Below, piece by piece: positions 1 to 14,032 of a stretch of 64,000 nt of DNA. The notes below the pieces were generated by a model. That model searched no databases. It was not told where the DNA came from and saw only the letters and a list, made by a program, of their open reading frames with translations. The first letter of the stretch is position 1. Each line of letters begins with the position of its first letter. A program made the position numbers and the translations under genes. The DNA is from Eledone cirrhosa (lineage: Eukaryota), in contig OZ024742.1 in assembly GCA_964016885.1 (NCBI GenBank), positions 256,432,001-256,496,000 of the forward strand, read 5' to 3'.

Positions 1-165
1 ACGACAAGAAAGCAATGGGTAAACCCAGAGCAAGATGTTTGGATTACATCCATGAGCATGGCTGGTCACGCTTGGGGATCCAACATGATCATTTGGGGAC
101 GGTTGCTTCTGACATGACCCACTGGAAGGAGTGTTTAAGGACTCTGCCTCCATGACCAGACCAAG
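1..165 (+). mobile_element. 3' end remnant of RTE-type LINE
   Basis: Translates to GKPRARCLDYIHEHGWSRLGI...VASDMTHWKECLRTLPP, resembling the GRPRxRW..WxRLG..DRxxW C-terminus of RTE ORFs; truncated by the window edge. Confidence 0.5.
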
Positions 166-294
166 AATGCTCAAATCCATAAATCCACCAGGGAAGAAAT
201 GGTTTCTACAAAACTTGATGTGGATTAAATGAAAAAGATAATCAGCTGTTAAGGGAAAGAGATTTATGTTGTAGTTTTACATGTGAGTAGCATG

Positions 295-485
295 TACACA
301 GATACATAGGTAAATGAATACATACATACATGCATGCATACATACAAACATAATACATACTTACATGCATGCATACATACAAACATAATACATACATACA
401 TGCATGCATGCATACATACAAACATAATACATACATACATGCATGCATACATACATATACATGCACGTACACATGCATACACAGT
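295..485. repeat. (CATA)n/(CATG)n compound microsatellite
   Basis: Tandem catacata/catg units. Confidence 0.9.
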
Positions 486-939
486 GATATGTGTCTTCGG
501 TTTACTGTTTTATTATACACAAATGTATATTTAGTGTGAGAAATAATAGGGGTGCGTATGAAACTTATATGATTTGTTTATGCATATTAAATATATAAGA
601 ACTTCGTGATGACATATCTAAAGCTCTTATCGTGTCATAGCTATCTAAATAACAATTAAAATGCCTGACAGAAATTTCTGGCTATTTTCCTGTCATCAGT
701 TACTTTACTCACTCGGTACTGAGAGGAAAATAGGCTAAAGTTTGTATGGTTATGGTGTATGTAACATAGACTGAAGATGCACATTTGCATATGTTACGAA
801 CTGGAGTGGTTAGAATTAATCAGAAAAGGAATAATATTGACTTTTACATAGTAGTTGTGTAAATAAAAGCAAATAGGATATGTGTTCGTATAAGACGCCT
901 ATTATGAACGATGTGTTGTTATTAACCCTTATTCTTTTC

Positions 940-1183
940 ATATATGCATATACACATACATACATGCTTACACACATACATAAATACATATATACATATA
1001 TCTATATACACAACGTACACACATAAATACATACACACATGCATACATATATACATACATACATACACGCGTATATACATTCGTACACGCATCTGTAAGT
1101 ACATACACACATACGTAGATAAACATACACAGACATACATACATACATACAAATATACATACATACATACATACATACATACA

Positions 1184-1213
<30 letters not shown>
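940..1213. repeat. (TACA)n microsatellite
   Basis: Degenerate, then perfect, tacatacataca run. Confidence 0.95.
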
Positions 1214-1214
<1 letters not shown>

Positions 1215-1686
1215 GATATTATGATATGGGACAGGGAGAAGAAAACATGCACAGTAGTGGAAATTAGCTGCTCAGCAGTTGCCAATATAATATCAAAGAT
1301 TATTGAAAAGGAGAATATTTATGCAGAACTGATGAGAAATCTGCAGATACTCCAACCTGATTACACAGGAACAGAAAGAACACAACTAGTTAGGAAATTA
1401 CAAGTACAATCCATTAATGGAACAGTAAAAATATGTAAAACATTCCAAACATTTTGCATCTAATAACTGCATATACACATGAACAGATACAAAGCATATA
1501 CACATGCACACATACAACTCAAAACATACCCATCCACACATACAATAACATACATATCTACACATGCATGCATGCAGACATACATACATATCTACCTAGT
1601 TGATGTTGTGTAAATTCCAATGAGAGAGTCTTGTGTCTATGTTAGAAACCGACTCTCTCTCTCTATTGGTAAAACTTTGTGAAGAA
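1215..1686 (+). mobile_element. 5'-truncated 3' fragment of R4/Dong-type RLE non-LTR retrotransposon
   Basis: DIMIWDREKKTCTVVEISC...QVQSINGTVKICKTF plus 3'UTR, nearly identical to 7314-7860 apart from an internal deletion; (TACA)n on both sides. Confidence 0.85.
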
Positions 1687-3125
1687 CATACATACATATA
1701 TATATTTACATACATATATACATAGTCAGTCAACGCGATCTGTCGCATATTTTGGTGTGGGAGACTATTCATTAAATTTAAGATGAATACTATCTCCGAC
1801 AGCAATGCCACAACTATCAGTGATGTTGAATAACTGGATATTATTCGAACTATATCTACTGAAGACACCTTTTATTCGAATTCGTAGAGATATCCGTCTA
1901 AATACATAATTCATTTTACAAGGATGTGCTACAAACAGCATGGCATCAACAACAACATCAGTGGAGTACCGAAGAAAAACGAGAAAATCAAAAAAAAATT
2001 ATTCAGTTGTAGTTACTGATGAAACCGAAATTATAAATCACATTTCTATTGGAGTTCCGAACTTAATAATGATTTAATTAATTGTTATAAAATAGCAAAA
2101 AAAAATCCCTCCTTTGGCTATATGAACAGAATGAATCTACACTGGGACGAAATACACCCAGAGCTAAATCACTTCACAGCGAAACAATTACGCCACCAAG
2201 CGACGTTAGTTGAACGTAGAAATAAGATAAATATTATTAATTGTAAGTCCCCCACAACAAACATGGAATCAACAACACGTGCTACAGGTCGCCATGCTAC
2301 TAGACTTCCTAGCAGCCAGGTAGAACCGTAGCCTTGAAACAACTATGCCTGTAAGACATTTGACACCACGTGTACCATCTAAGTCTACCTCGAATGATGG
2401 GGAAAACATTATCAGTAATAATAATATTCGAAGAAATAATAATAATATTCGAAGAAATTTGACACCACATGTACCACCCGAGTCTACCTCGACTATTGTG
2501 GAAAATACTATCGATAATGATAATAATCAAAAGTATAAACAATTGAAAATTTCCCTCAACGAAATCTTCTAGAGAGAAATTAATAATAAACATTTCTCTT
2601 GCTGAACGTATTAAAACAACAATATTTAATATAAAAAAAACAAATATTGAAATATTACGTGTTATTGACGAAATAGGGGATGGATATTTACAACGGATAA
2701 AAACCCCAACATTTTGGCAAATCAACGCCTGTTTATATGTCTTAGGAACGACAGTGAAGCATTATCTTGGTGATAGTATCGATATTAACAAGAACAAAAC
2801 ACCATCAAAAATACCATCATCTATATATCTAAAACAGAGAATGTCTGTCTGTCTGTCTCCCTTCTCTCAAGCTCGAGAACCACCCAATTGATTGTTTTCA
2901 AGCTTGACACATGTAATACTTATGGTCTTGTGAGCCTTTTGAGCAAACTAAATTTTAAATGTTCAATGCCCTAGGGACCGCATTAGGCGATTTAGCGACG
3001 TCTCTATAATTCTTAGTCTTTCTTTTTAGATAGATACATAGCTACAACATCGCGCCCTTATTTGTATCTGTCTGTATGTATGGCTGTCTGCATTATGGCA
3101 TTATGACGCTACCTGTGTGTGTGTA

Positions 3126-3440
<315 letters not shown>

Positions 3441-3724
3441 CATAAATCATGTCTTTAGAATCATCAGATAATAAAATATATACTATTTCTTCTTCTAATT
3501 AGCATAATTAACCATATAAAAAATCAATCAGAACAAGCTATAAGAATAAATGCTCTTATGGGGAAATCTCCTACAAATAACCGAGCGTAGCCTCTTCGCG
3601 GCGGCCCCAGTCGAGTATTTATCCAACATTTCGACAGCATGTAGAAACTGACTAAATATACCATCAACCATACACAATTAGTTGTAAAATTAAACTTAGA
3701 AGAAATGCGCACATACCGTAATTA

Positions 3725-3802
3725 TATCTCTACCACGGTTTCTTCCTTATTTTGGACATCCAAATAATAGGAATGTCCTGAGTTAGGATTCATCAGAAGA
3801 CA
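3725..3802 (-). ncRNA. Type I hammerhead ribozyme (copy 1, extended stem II)
   Basis: Minus strand: tgtctt-CTGATGA-atcct...aggaa-GAAA-ccgtgg-TA-gagata. Confidence 0.7.
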
Positions 3803-4386
3803 AACTCAAAATAATCATCTAGTTTTTCAATCCGATTCCGCCAAAATTAGATTCAAAAATGACTAAAAATCGCTATGTGGCTGTGTTCAAGCCAGAAAGA
3901 AAGAATGTGATTGGTTGCTTACGGCGAGTAGGCTTGCTGCTAGAAAGCGCAGCCAAATATCGCCAAATTTAATCTCAACCTATTGGGAGATTATTAAATA
4001 TAAAGGTTAACATATACATAAAGTTAAAGATATATATACCTTGCAACTGGTCGCTTTTAAGCTCTATGAAGAATTAATAAATTAAAAAATCAGAGCATTA
4101 TATCATAAATCATGTCTTTAGAATCATCAGATAATAAAATATATACTATTTCGTCTTCTAATTAGCATAATTAACCATATAAAAATCAATCAGAACAAGC
4201 TATAAGAATAAATGCTCTTATGGGGAAATCTCCGACAAATAACCGAGCGTAGCCTCTTCGCTGCGGCCCCAGTCGAGTATTTATCCAACATTTCGACAGT
4301 ATGTAGAAACTGACTAAATATACCATCAATCATACACAATTAGTTGTAAAATGAAACTTAGAAGAAATGCGCACATACCGTAATTA

Positions 4387-4464
4387 TATCTCTACCATGG
4401 TTTCTTCCTTATTTTGGACATCCAAATAATAGGAATGTCCTGAGTTAGGATTCATCAGGAGACA
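4387..4464 (-). ncRNA. Type I hammerhead ribozyme (copy 2, extended stem II)
   Basis: Minus strand: tgtctc-CTGATGA-atcct[ggacattcc..ggatgtcc]aggaa-GAAA-ccatgg-TA-gagata; 6 bp stem I, palindromic stem III accatggt, GUA site. Confidence 0.8.
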
Positions 4465-4696
4465 AACTCAAAATTAGACATCTAGTTTTTCAATCCGATC
4501 CCGCCAAAATTAGATTAAAAATGGTTAAAAATCGCTATGTGGCTGTGTTCAAGCCAGAGAGAAAGAATGTGATTGGTTGCTTACGGCGGGTAGGCTTGCT
4601 GCTAGAAAGCGCAGCGAAATATCGCAAATTCTTCATAGAGCTTAAAAGTGACCAGTTGCAACGTATATATATCTTTAACTTTATGTATATGTTAAC

Positions 4697-4733
<37 letters not shown>

Positions 4734-4920
4734 CATATATTCGTGTACATATATTTTGCATACACAATAACAAAATATAAACAAACGTATTTATTTCACG
4801 AGGCTCGATAAGGATAAATATATATCAAATATATAAGAACCCTAGAGCAAATCCCGAGCAACGCCGGGCCATTCTGCTAGTATATAACTAAAATAGAAAA
4901 GAAGAAAAACCATAGGATAT

Positions 4921-7645
4921 GTGACGATGCTCCTAACATGCAAACAAACACAAAATAACTTCACTCCTCACCAACAACGAGTGAAAGATAAAATAGAGAC
5001 AATGTTCGGTAGCAGCAGAACAAGAACTCTTCAATATAAGCTGATCACCCTCAAACAAGAATTGAGAGCTGTTAGCGAAAAACGACGATACCTGAAGAAC
5101 GTAGATGAAAGAAAAGTGTTTAATGAAATATCCAGACGAAACCAAACATCATTCTATAAAGGGCAAAATAATAAGTGTCACAAGACCTAGATTCCTTTTG
5201 GAGAAACATATGAGGTGAAAAGAAGAATTTCAGCCAAGATGCACTGTGGCTAAAAGAAATCCAAATAAACTATTGCTCCTACACTACAACACAAACATAC
5301 GAAATAAGTGAGGGTACCCTTGAGACTGTGATAGGAAAACTCCAAGATAAGAAAACACCAGGAAGAGACATGATTGTCGGCTACTGGTACACAAAACTGA
5401 TATTCTATCGGAGGTATCTTACCGAACTCTACCAACAAGTTCTTAAGGGAGATACACTTATACCAGAATGGTCGACATTAGCACAAACGTTACTGGTCGC
5501 CAAGAACAAAGACACCACCAGGCAAAAAACAAAACTACCGACCCATTGCATGGCAGAACCTGATATATAAGATGTATATAGCCTGCCTGAACCTATTCCT
5601 CCAAGATCACTGTGAAAATAATAAAATCATCACAGATGAATAAGCAGCTGGAAAGAAAGGGGTTTGGGGATGTGCTGAACAACTCCTAATAAAAAAAAAC
5701 TGCGATATTGGAGGTGCGACAACTTAGGAGGAATATGGCTACAGTGTGGCTGGACTACAGGAAAGCTTTCGATTCTGTTCCCCACTCTTGGATGATAGAG
5801 GCCCTCCGACTTGCTAAAGTCCCAGACATTATTATCAGAGCCTTAGAGAAGCTGTCTTCTTCTTGGGCTACTATCCTAAAGTTACAAACAGAGAAGGGGG
5901 ACTCTATTTTCACTGATAAAATAAAATATCGCAGGGGTATATTTCAAGGAGACAGTCACTCTGTGCTATTTTTCCTCCCGTCATTAAACCCCTTGTCCTT
6001 TCTGCTTAAGTAATGTGAAGGATGCATCATTGGCTCATAGGAGGACAGAAATACGAACCTAACCCATAATTTTTTGGGTGATGATCTGAAACTCTATGCC
6101 AACAACATGGATGGGATGAAGAAAAATCGTGACCTGGTTACAACATTCTCAAAGTATATAGGAATGAAGTTTGGCCAAGATAAATTCTCATATGTGACTG
6201 TAAAGCGGGGGAAAACAACAACCCAATCTAGCAACATTTGTATCAATGGCCTAACTGTTTTACCAATGTCTGATGAGGACTGCTACTGATACCTTGGGAT
6301 AGTTGAGAACATATCCTATAATGGTATCTGTAATAAGAAAGGTGAAACCAGGGAATACTACACGCCATTAAGAAAGATATGGTCATTGGAATTCTCTGTG
6401 CAAAACTAAACAGTGGCTCACAATGTGTTTGCTGTGCCTGTCCTAATACCGACGTTTGGAATACTCAATTGGACGATAGACGAAATCCGTGCGATTGATG
6501 TTAGAACTTAAAAAAATACTAAACAACACCGGAAACTTCCACATCAACAGTGACATAGACCGCCTTTACTTGAAACGTAAGCAGGGAGGCAGAAGCCTAA
6601 CATCAGTTCAGACATCATTTGAATGTCGCATCCTATCCCTCCGACAACATCTACAAACCTCAAAGAGTAGGAGCCCGTCTTTCGAGCAAGTCTATCTGTA
6701 TGAAACAGATAAGATCATGAGAGTTGGGAAGAAACTCCTCGAGAGGTATTCCCTGTGTGATAATAAAAAAAACTCACACCCAGGGAAGTTGCTCAGCACT
6801 ATCGCAGTGAATCCATGGATAAAAAACTGCATGCTTATCAGCAAAAAATCATGCATAGATATGTTACCAGGAAGCTGCAGAGTGAGAGTAATATAGATAA
6901 AGAAAGTAGTCTATATTGGACCAACAACCGCTATATTGGCTCCCACTTTGAAGGATACGCTTTTGCAATCCAAGAACAGGAAATCAACACGAAATACCTG
7001 ATTCACAAAAGAGATACTGGTGCAGGCAAAATACCTAGATGTGATAACAAGTGCAGACTCTGCAGAATTAACATCGAAGATGTCACCTATGTCATAAGCA
7101 GCTTTCCAAAGATGTCATCGCAGTATTATCTACCTATGAGGCATGATGATGTGGCCAACACACTATACAATTCAATCCATAGAAACGATAGCCCCGACAA
7201 TAAACACATTAAAAGCTACAGCAATGTGGAAGACATACAAATACATAATATGAAATATTACATGTGGAATGTTCCAGTAAAAACCCCATTAAAATGCAAG
7301 CATGACAGAACAGATATTATGATATGGGACAGGGAAAAGAAGGCATGCACAGTAGTGGAAGTTAGCTGTCCAGCAGATGCCAATATAATATCAAAGATTA
7401 GCGAAAAGGAGAATATTTATGCAGAACTAATGAGAAATATGCAGATACACCACCTTGATTATACCTTCAGATTTCTGCCTGTGAATATTGGGGCACTGGG
7501 ATATGTTAGTAACTGCCTCAATACAAATCATGAGAAGTTAGGCTTCACAGGAACAGAAAGAACACAACTAGCTAGGAAATTACAAGTACAATCCATTAAT
7601 GGAACAGTAAAAATATGTAAAACCTTCCAAAATTGTTGCATCTAA
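4921..7645 (+). pseudogene. Frameshifted RT + CCHC knuckle + restriction-like endonuclease ORF of the R4/Dong-type element
   Basis: KTPGRDMI, WLDYRKAFDSVPHSW, RGIFQGDS, DDLKLYA, YLGI, RLYLKRKQGGR, CRLC..EDVTYVISS, RHDDVA, HDRTDIMIWD..VEVSCP (PD-(D/E)xK-type); multiple stops and frameshifts. Confidence 0.9.
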
Positions 7646-7860
7646 TAACTGTATATATACATGTACAGATACCAAGCTTATACACATGCACACATACAAC
7701 ACGAAACATACACATCCACACACATACAATAACATCCATATCTACACATGCATGTATACATACATATCTACCTAATTGATGTGTAAATTCCAATGACAGA
7801 GTCTTGTGTCTATGTTAGAAACCGACTCTATCTCTCTCTCTATTGGCAAACATTTGTGAA

Positions 7861-9630
7861 ATTATAAAACCAGAAGAACTTGTACATATGTGTTCGTGCC
7901 TTACATTCTTTGAAAGTCTTCTCCAGTTGAGAGTTTACTGCACCATACTTCGAGCACGACAAGTGCTTGTCTAGACATTTTTCTGTCCCTGAGAAGGCTT
8001 TCCACTAGTGGTTCATTTTCAGTAAATCAGTCCTGAGGTTCTCACTGTATAGTCCAAAGTCATGAAGATGTTTTTTTTTTAAATGAAGACATGCATCATC
8101 ACTCTTGGTAACTTCAATTTGCTGAACTACTTCTTGAAATTTCTTTCATTTTTCTGTGTAGGCCAGAAAGCATTTATTCATTTCTAGATCCTGACTCGCC
8201 TATGCTTCATTTTCTTCCGAACAGGAACGAGGAAATTTGTTCGTAGGAGCTGGTGGTTTGTCCAGCACTCTGCCCCTCTCATGCAACGCATAGATATTAT
8301 ATCACTCAAAGAGTTACGTCTTACATGACACAATAAGAAATATGCCAATGACGTGAACATGTGTTTCCTATGACATGATTGAATTCCTGGTACACCTGTA
8401 ACAGGATAAGTCCATTTTTATTGTATTTTCCCATTCCATGACGTCCTGTGTTGCACCATTTAATAAAGTCACACCCAAACGAGCATTCAAATCACCTAAC
8501 ACTATACATTTGACATCTCCATTTACACTTTTCAAGATTATTCTTAGATCTGCATAACATTTATCTATTACTTCTTAGGGTCTTACAAGTGTTGGGGCAT
8601 ACACACTGCTCAAAGTCATGAAACGGTTGAAGCAGCAACTTAATTGTAATAATCCGATTTTAAAAAAAAGGCCGAAGCTCTGTTTGATTTTGCACCGGGG
8701 CGATTCTTGATTCATGACGCGATTCATGACGCTCATTTTCTTGTCGGCTCTTATAGAATAAGGTGTATCCTGAGCTTGGGTCCTCTATTTGGATATACTC
8801 GGGTACTCATGTTTTTGAAAGAGCGACAACATTTCCTTAATAGCCATGGAGTTCTTTACAGAGCAGAGCAGTACCAGTTCAGGAGGATTTTAGCCTGGGA
8901 AATCCAATAGCGTGCGCACATTCCAGGACGCAATTTTTAAAGATGTCATTGAAGGTGTTGTACTATGTCCATTGTTTGTCTTCGTCATTTCATTTACGTT
9001 ATATTTATTCTTCCCACATAAGTGAGCCGCTGTCAGCCAAGGGTTGCCGCTAGCTTAGATATAGGAAAGTCTTTTCTAGATCCCATTTTCTAGGTCCCTC
9101 CTGGCTAGCAGGTGACTAGAGTTATCCATCGAGAGGGTGGCACAGTCACTCGGGTGCTGCCGAGTCTTACCATTGCCTGTGTTTGGAGAGAAAACGACCA
9201 ACATCCCAAGTCGCCTACGTATGGCTTTGCTAATATGTACTTTCAGCTTCTTAGGCCTGTATACATCACAGCTCTCTCTATCGCTGTTCAGGGTCTAAGC
9301 AGATTCTGTGAGTGAATTTGATTATAGAGGACATGGGTTGCACAGAACAAGGCCCACTATTCAGACGATACTAGCGAGTAGCTGATGGCCAAACGTTGAT
9401 TGGGTCGACCGGTAGTTGATTCCTCTCAGATTTTCTATCAGAGTTACCTTCTGTTAACATTTCGGATGCCACTGACTCCTATGAGTTCCTCCATCCTTTG
9501 CCTGGTTTTATTTTTCATCTCGCAGGGTGTCCAAAATCAAGTTTGGTGAGGTTGCCGGCTTAGTCGAGGACGACCCGTCCATGCACAGGTTGTACTGGGT
9601 TACATGTTACCAGTTGCGCCAATGAGCTAC
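7861..9630 (-). mobile_element. 5' part of RTE-type LINE (5'UTR + degenerate AP endonuclease)
   Basis: Minus-strand motifs ASWNVRT (~8930), SVYAPT (~8600), VLGDLNAR (~8490), MRGAECWTNHQL (~8270). Confidence 0.8.
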
Positions 9631-9679
9631 CTGTAACAAACACATTCATACAAACATACAAACTTACATACGTATATAC

Positions 9680-10095
9680 ATGGTGGCTGCCAACTCGTTT
9701 TCGCGTACGGCCACTACTTTATATCCATGTAGGAGACCCCCTACCGATGCGCTGAACGAGTGTGACTTTTTAGTCCAGTCAGCGACTTTAAAACTCTGGT
9801 ACAGACACTACACTTGTGCCAATTATTGACACATAGTGCTGGGCCCATGGTACCATGTGACGACAAGTGCAGAGAGATCTCCAGATATAAAGCAATGCCT
9901 GTGCCGTGAAGCTTTTAGAGTGAGCAAAAGCACTGCCCCAAGTCAGTACCACTCTCTTAACCAAGATGATATTTACCAAAAAGAAGATCAAGTCAACATC
10001 ATTGGATACCATCAGTGTTGCAGGTGTTATATCAGAGTTTTCCCTATCCTAGAATTGTGCTTTGACAAAGGCTAAGGGGTCATCTCTCCCGGACA
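9680..10095 (-). mobile_element. RTE-derived non-autonomous element fragment
   Basis: Shares tagcctttgtc...ctagg...aactctgatataa (RTE 5'UTR-like) with 10375-10450; bounded by (TACA)n. Confidence 0.45.
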
Positions 10096-10159
10096 TATAT
10101 ACATACATATATACATACATATATACATACATACATACATACATACATACATACATACA

Positions 10160-10765
10160 TGAAGGCTGCCCCCTATTTATCGAGTATGGCCATTGCACGA
10201 GATGTCATTATTAATAGTTATCAATTGATGTTATCGTGAAATGCCTGTGCGTTAAGATGTTTTTTAAAGTGAGGAAAGACTGAGCACTGAGCCACTCCCA
10301 CGCTCTGAGTGACAATAGCTTTAACCCTTAGAGATGAACAGATCAACACCACCGGTAACTACTGAGCCGCATGTTTTATATCAGAGTTATTCCAATTTCC
10401 TGAGTTGCCTTCGCCTAGAAGAATGCCCTGACAAAGGCTAGGGTCCTTCAACCAGTGGTTTAACAGCGCGATCGGGTATCCAACCCGATTCTTTCTATGT
10501 TCCCGCGCATATACACAAATATGCATACACATATATAGATACGTACATATATACACATGTACATACACATTTTGGGATGGTTGTTGACACTTATGGTTTC
10601 TTTTGCCCTTTGTGAGTTCTGTTTTTTTGTCCTGCAGGGTGTCCGAAGTCACCCTCCTCACCAAGTAAGCTTGGTGAGGTTGCGGATTTGGTCGCCGACG
10701 ACCCGACCGTGCGACAGGTTGTACTGGGTTACATGTAACCAGTAGTACTGAAGAGTGAGCCGACA
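10160..10765 (-). mobile_element. RTE-derived bipartite non-autonomous element (5'UTR + tail)
   Basis: 10630-10745 is homologous to the RTE leader at 9523-9615; no ORF; tail abuts (TACA)n. Confidence 0.6.
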
Positions 10766-12399
10766 TATATATATGCATACATACATGCTGCAAGCTATAG
10801 GAATTTTTCAATTTCACCAAACTTCACATTCCAAGTGTGGTGGGATATTTTATATCTAGATTTTATTTATCTAGATGAAAAGTGGGAATTCACTATGTTT
10901 GTTTGCTTGTCAGTGTAATATATATGAGGCGGATATAACAATTTTGTTATTATCTACAGCTGTTAACATTGAGTGTTCGTGAGATGAGCGCCATTAATGA
11001 TGCAATGCTTCTAAAGCTGTACAGTTCTGTTGCCTTTCGATAATTCTATTCCTTTTTCCATGGCTTGTTGCACTACTTTGAATGGGATGACTCTCAAACA
11101 ACTGTGGCTAACTTTAACATTATTTTTATTGAATAATATGTGATGTTAGTGAGTGGAGCGGAGTTGTTTTTGTTTTGTTTTAATAAAACATATGGCACTC
11201 TTAGCTATGCTACATATTGCGCTTGTTGAGTAGATAAGTGATTGTTGTGTCCAGATAATCTATATTTTATTCTGTTTTACTGTTTGTTAAGATATGTTTC
11301 ACATATTCTAGTACTTATTTTTTACATTTTTACAACCACTTCTTATTCTTTCTTTATTACGTTGCGGTGACATTCGATTAGATAGAATGTCTTGCTATCG
11401 AAGGACGGATTATATATTTCAGATTTATGTTAATAACAAGACATGTTATTACTGTTGTTTGGAAATAAAAAAAATACTGTATATTTTCGGAGCGTATTTC
11501 TATCGTTATACATTATGACATGTCCCTACTGTTAAATTCTTTAGAATCTGAATCGATTGAATCGCTCCAACAAACGAGCGGTATATATTTTCTTAACTCT
11601 TCGATAGCAAAAGTCATTATCAGCCTAGGTAAGATTTGCTGTCACACCAACGGCTATACAGTTCAACAGACTTTAAAACCGAATATTTGGCTCTACATTA
11701 ACAGTATTCAACAGATCATTTGAAATTTCCATCCAATATGCATTTAGTTTCATTATATATTTACATATTTTAATTCTTAGGTAAATAAGCTAACATTTAG
11801 CTTTGTGAATAATTCTGTATTTTTCCTAAAAATATAATACAAGCATCAGATAACTATTAAGTTCTTATTGCGTAGATGATTTATTGAAATTCATGTCTTG
11901 TTATCTCTTTCCTTTTATCAGAATTTAGAATCATAAAACTGCGAAAATATTCATGAAATAGAGAAATAGTTATGTAAGAAAAACTTCAAAAGCTTTTCGG
12001 ATATATCTAAGAAAATATTTCTTAAATTCCTCATTTAGCTGTTTATTTCTACTTTTTTCTCGTGAATTATATTTAGATATTCCTCTCCCAGTGGTTCTCT
12101 TACAGTTAATTCTACACCGCTGAAATCTCTGTGCTACTAGATAAGCCAGTATAGAGGTTTGATATGTTTATTTAATAGATATACATTTTATATCAAAGGA
12201 AAGTTGTGTCTCATTCTATTTAAATACTAACCTTAAATGAAGGTGGGTTGATTATTGGTTAGATTACTGATGGCATGCGTTGTTCTTGAGGGAGACACTT
12301 CTTTCAATAATGCTGTATTCTTTTCAGCTGAAAAAAAATGAGTTATATCTGTGTTTCAAAGCTACAGCCTAGATGCAGATTTTTCACACTGAATAACCT

Positions 12400-12885
12400 T
12401 CAGAAATGCTTTCAGAATGCACGTGTGTATGGAAACATCAGTCATTTGAACGTTAATGTTACGAGAAAGCTATTCTCGTGTGGAATCAATTAGAACACAT
12501 GTTGTTGAAATCGAAGGATGTCCAATAAAGTCCCACTCACTACCACTGAAGATATAACGTAAATATAACAAAAATGCTTTGGCCGTCCATCATTATAGAC
12601 ATCGAGTGTTTCATTGATGTATACAATGAAATAGTCAACTCATGGACTTACTTTTCACAAGGGAACGTATTCTACATGCGCGTGAAAAACACGTATCGCA
12701 ATATGCATCGTAATAGGCTGTAGATCGAGACTGGTAATTTAAAGTACAGATACAGCTCTTTATTGCCAGTAGAGAGGATTAGAGCAGCGTATAAAAATGT
12801 CTCTTGATCAAGGACACAGAGTGCCGTCGGAAATCGAACTCAGGATCTTATAATCGTAAGAAACGTGCTTCTACCACACATAGAC
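12400..12885 (-). mobile_element. Degenerate tRNA-derived SINE (family B, gtgtccttgagcaagacac core)
   Basis: Minus strand: B-box-like gagttcgatttcc followed by tgtgtccttgatcaagagaca; body resembles copies at 33870 and 61225. Confidence 0.6.
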
Positions 12886-13194
12886 ATATATATGTATAAA
12901 TATATATATAAACGTCGATGTAAAGAAGCTTATAGTCAGTGCGTTTTTCAACAACCGTATCAGCCGACGATCTATAAAGGTACATTTGTGTTTCCTCTGT
13001 TCGATGGAGCTTTATATTTCAGAAGAGATAACCTCTGGTCCATGAATTTCAGGGAGGGTGAGGTGTTCAAGGTTAACTAATCATTTATATTGACTTTCGT
13101 CTATTTCCTTGCTAAAACGAAATATGTTAGCAAGAGACTAGCAGAAGATGTCAATGATAAAATGAGACACAAAAACAGCAATAACAACAAACTA

Positions 13195-13350
13195 CAAAAA
13201 CAACATCAATAATAATAATGATAATAATAATTAAAATAATAATAACAATAATAATAGTAAAAATAATAATAACAAAAATAATAATAACAATAATAATAGT
13301 AAAAATAAAAATAACAATAATGATCAAATAACAATAATAACAATAAAACA
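13195..13350. repeat. (AAT/AAC)n microsatellite
   Basis: Tandem aataataac units. Confidence 0.9.
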
Positions 13351-13609
13351 TATAACAGAATTGATTTTTATTCCGCACTAAATACCTTGCTTCAGAAATG
13401 TAAGGCAGTCAATATTTCAGTAGCATTTGTTAGTATGAAAATTTATACATACGCACGTATATTCATGTATTCATATATGCACATACACATACACACATAT
13501 AGACACATATAAAATCATAAACACATAAACATTACTTCAGACATACATACGCGCACTCACACACAGACACGACGCTGCGTTTGTTCACCCGATAACGATA
13601 AATATGAGC

Positions 13610-13648
<39 letters not shown>

Positions 13649-13941
13649 TATATTACATGCATCGCAGCATCGGGTGAAGTGAAATATTTAGATATATAGA
13701 AAATCGGGATTTTGGAAAATTGCTACGAACATTGCTTAGAAAATCAGTTAAAATACCTCCATGCGAGGGAAACATGTTCACAGCTACCTTCCTGCATTGT
13801 AGATGTCCTACAATTCTACACACACAAACACCAAAACACGCACACAGGTGCATACATAAACGCACATAAACACACATCCACAACCACATCACTCCCACAT
13901 CCACATACGAACACACACACACACACAAACACACGCACACA

Positions 13942-14024
<83 letters not shown>

Positions 14025-14032
14025 GTGTATAT

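Noticed and set aside
760-812. ctgaaga..tgca/tgca..gaac hammerhead-like string
   Set aside because: No properly placed GAAA, stem III or stem I; at best a decayed remnant
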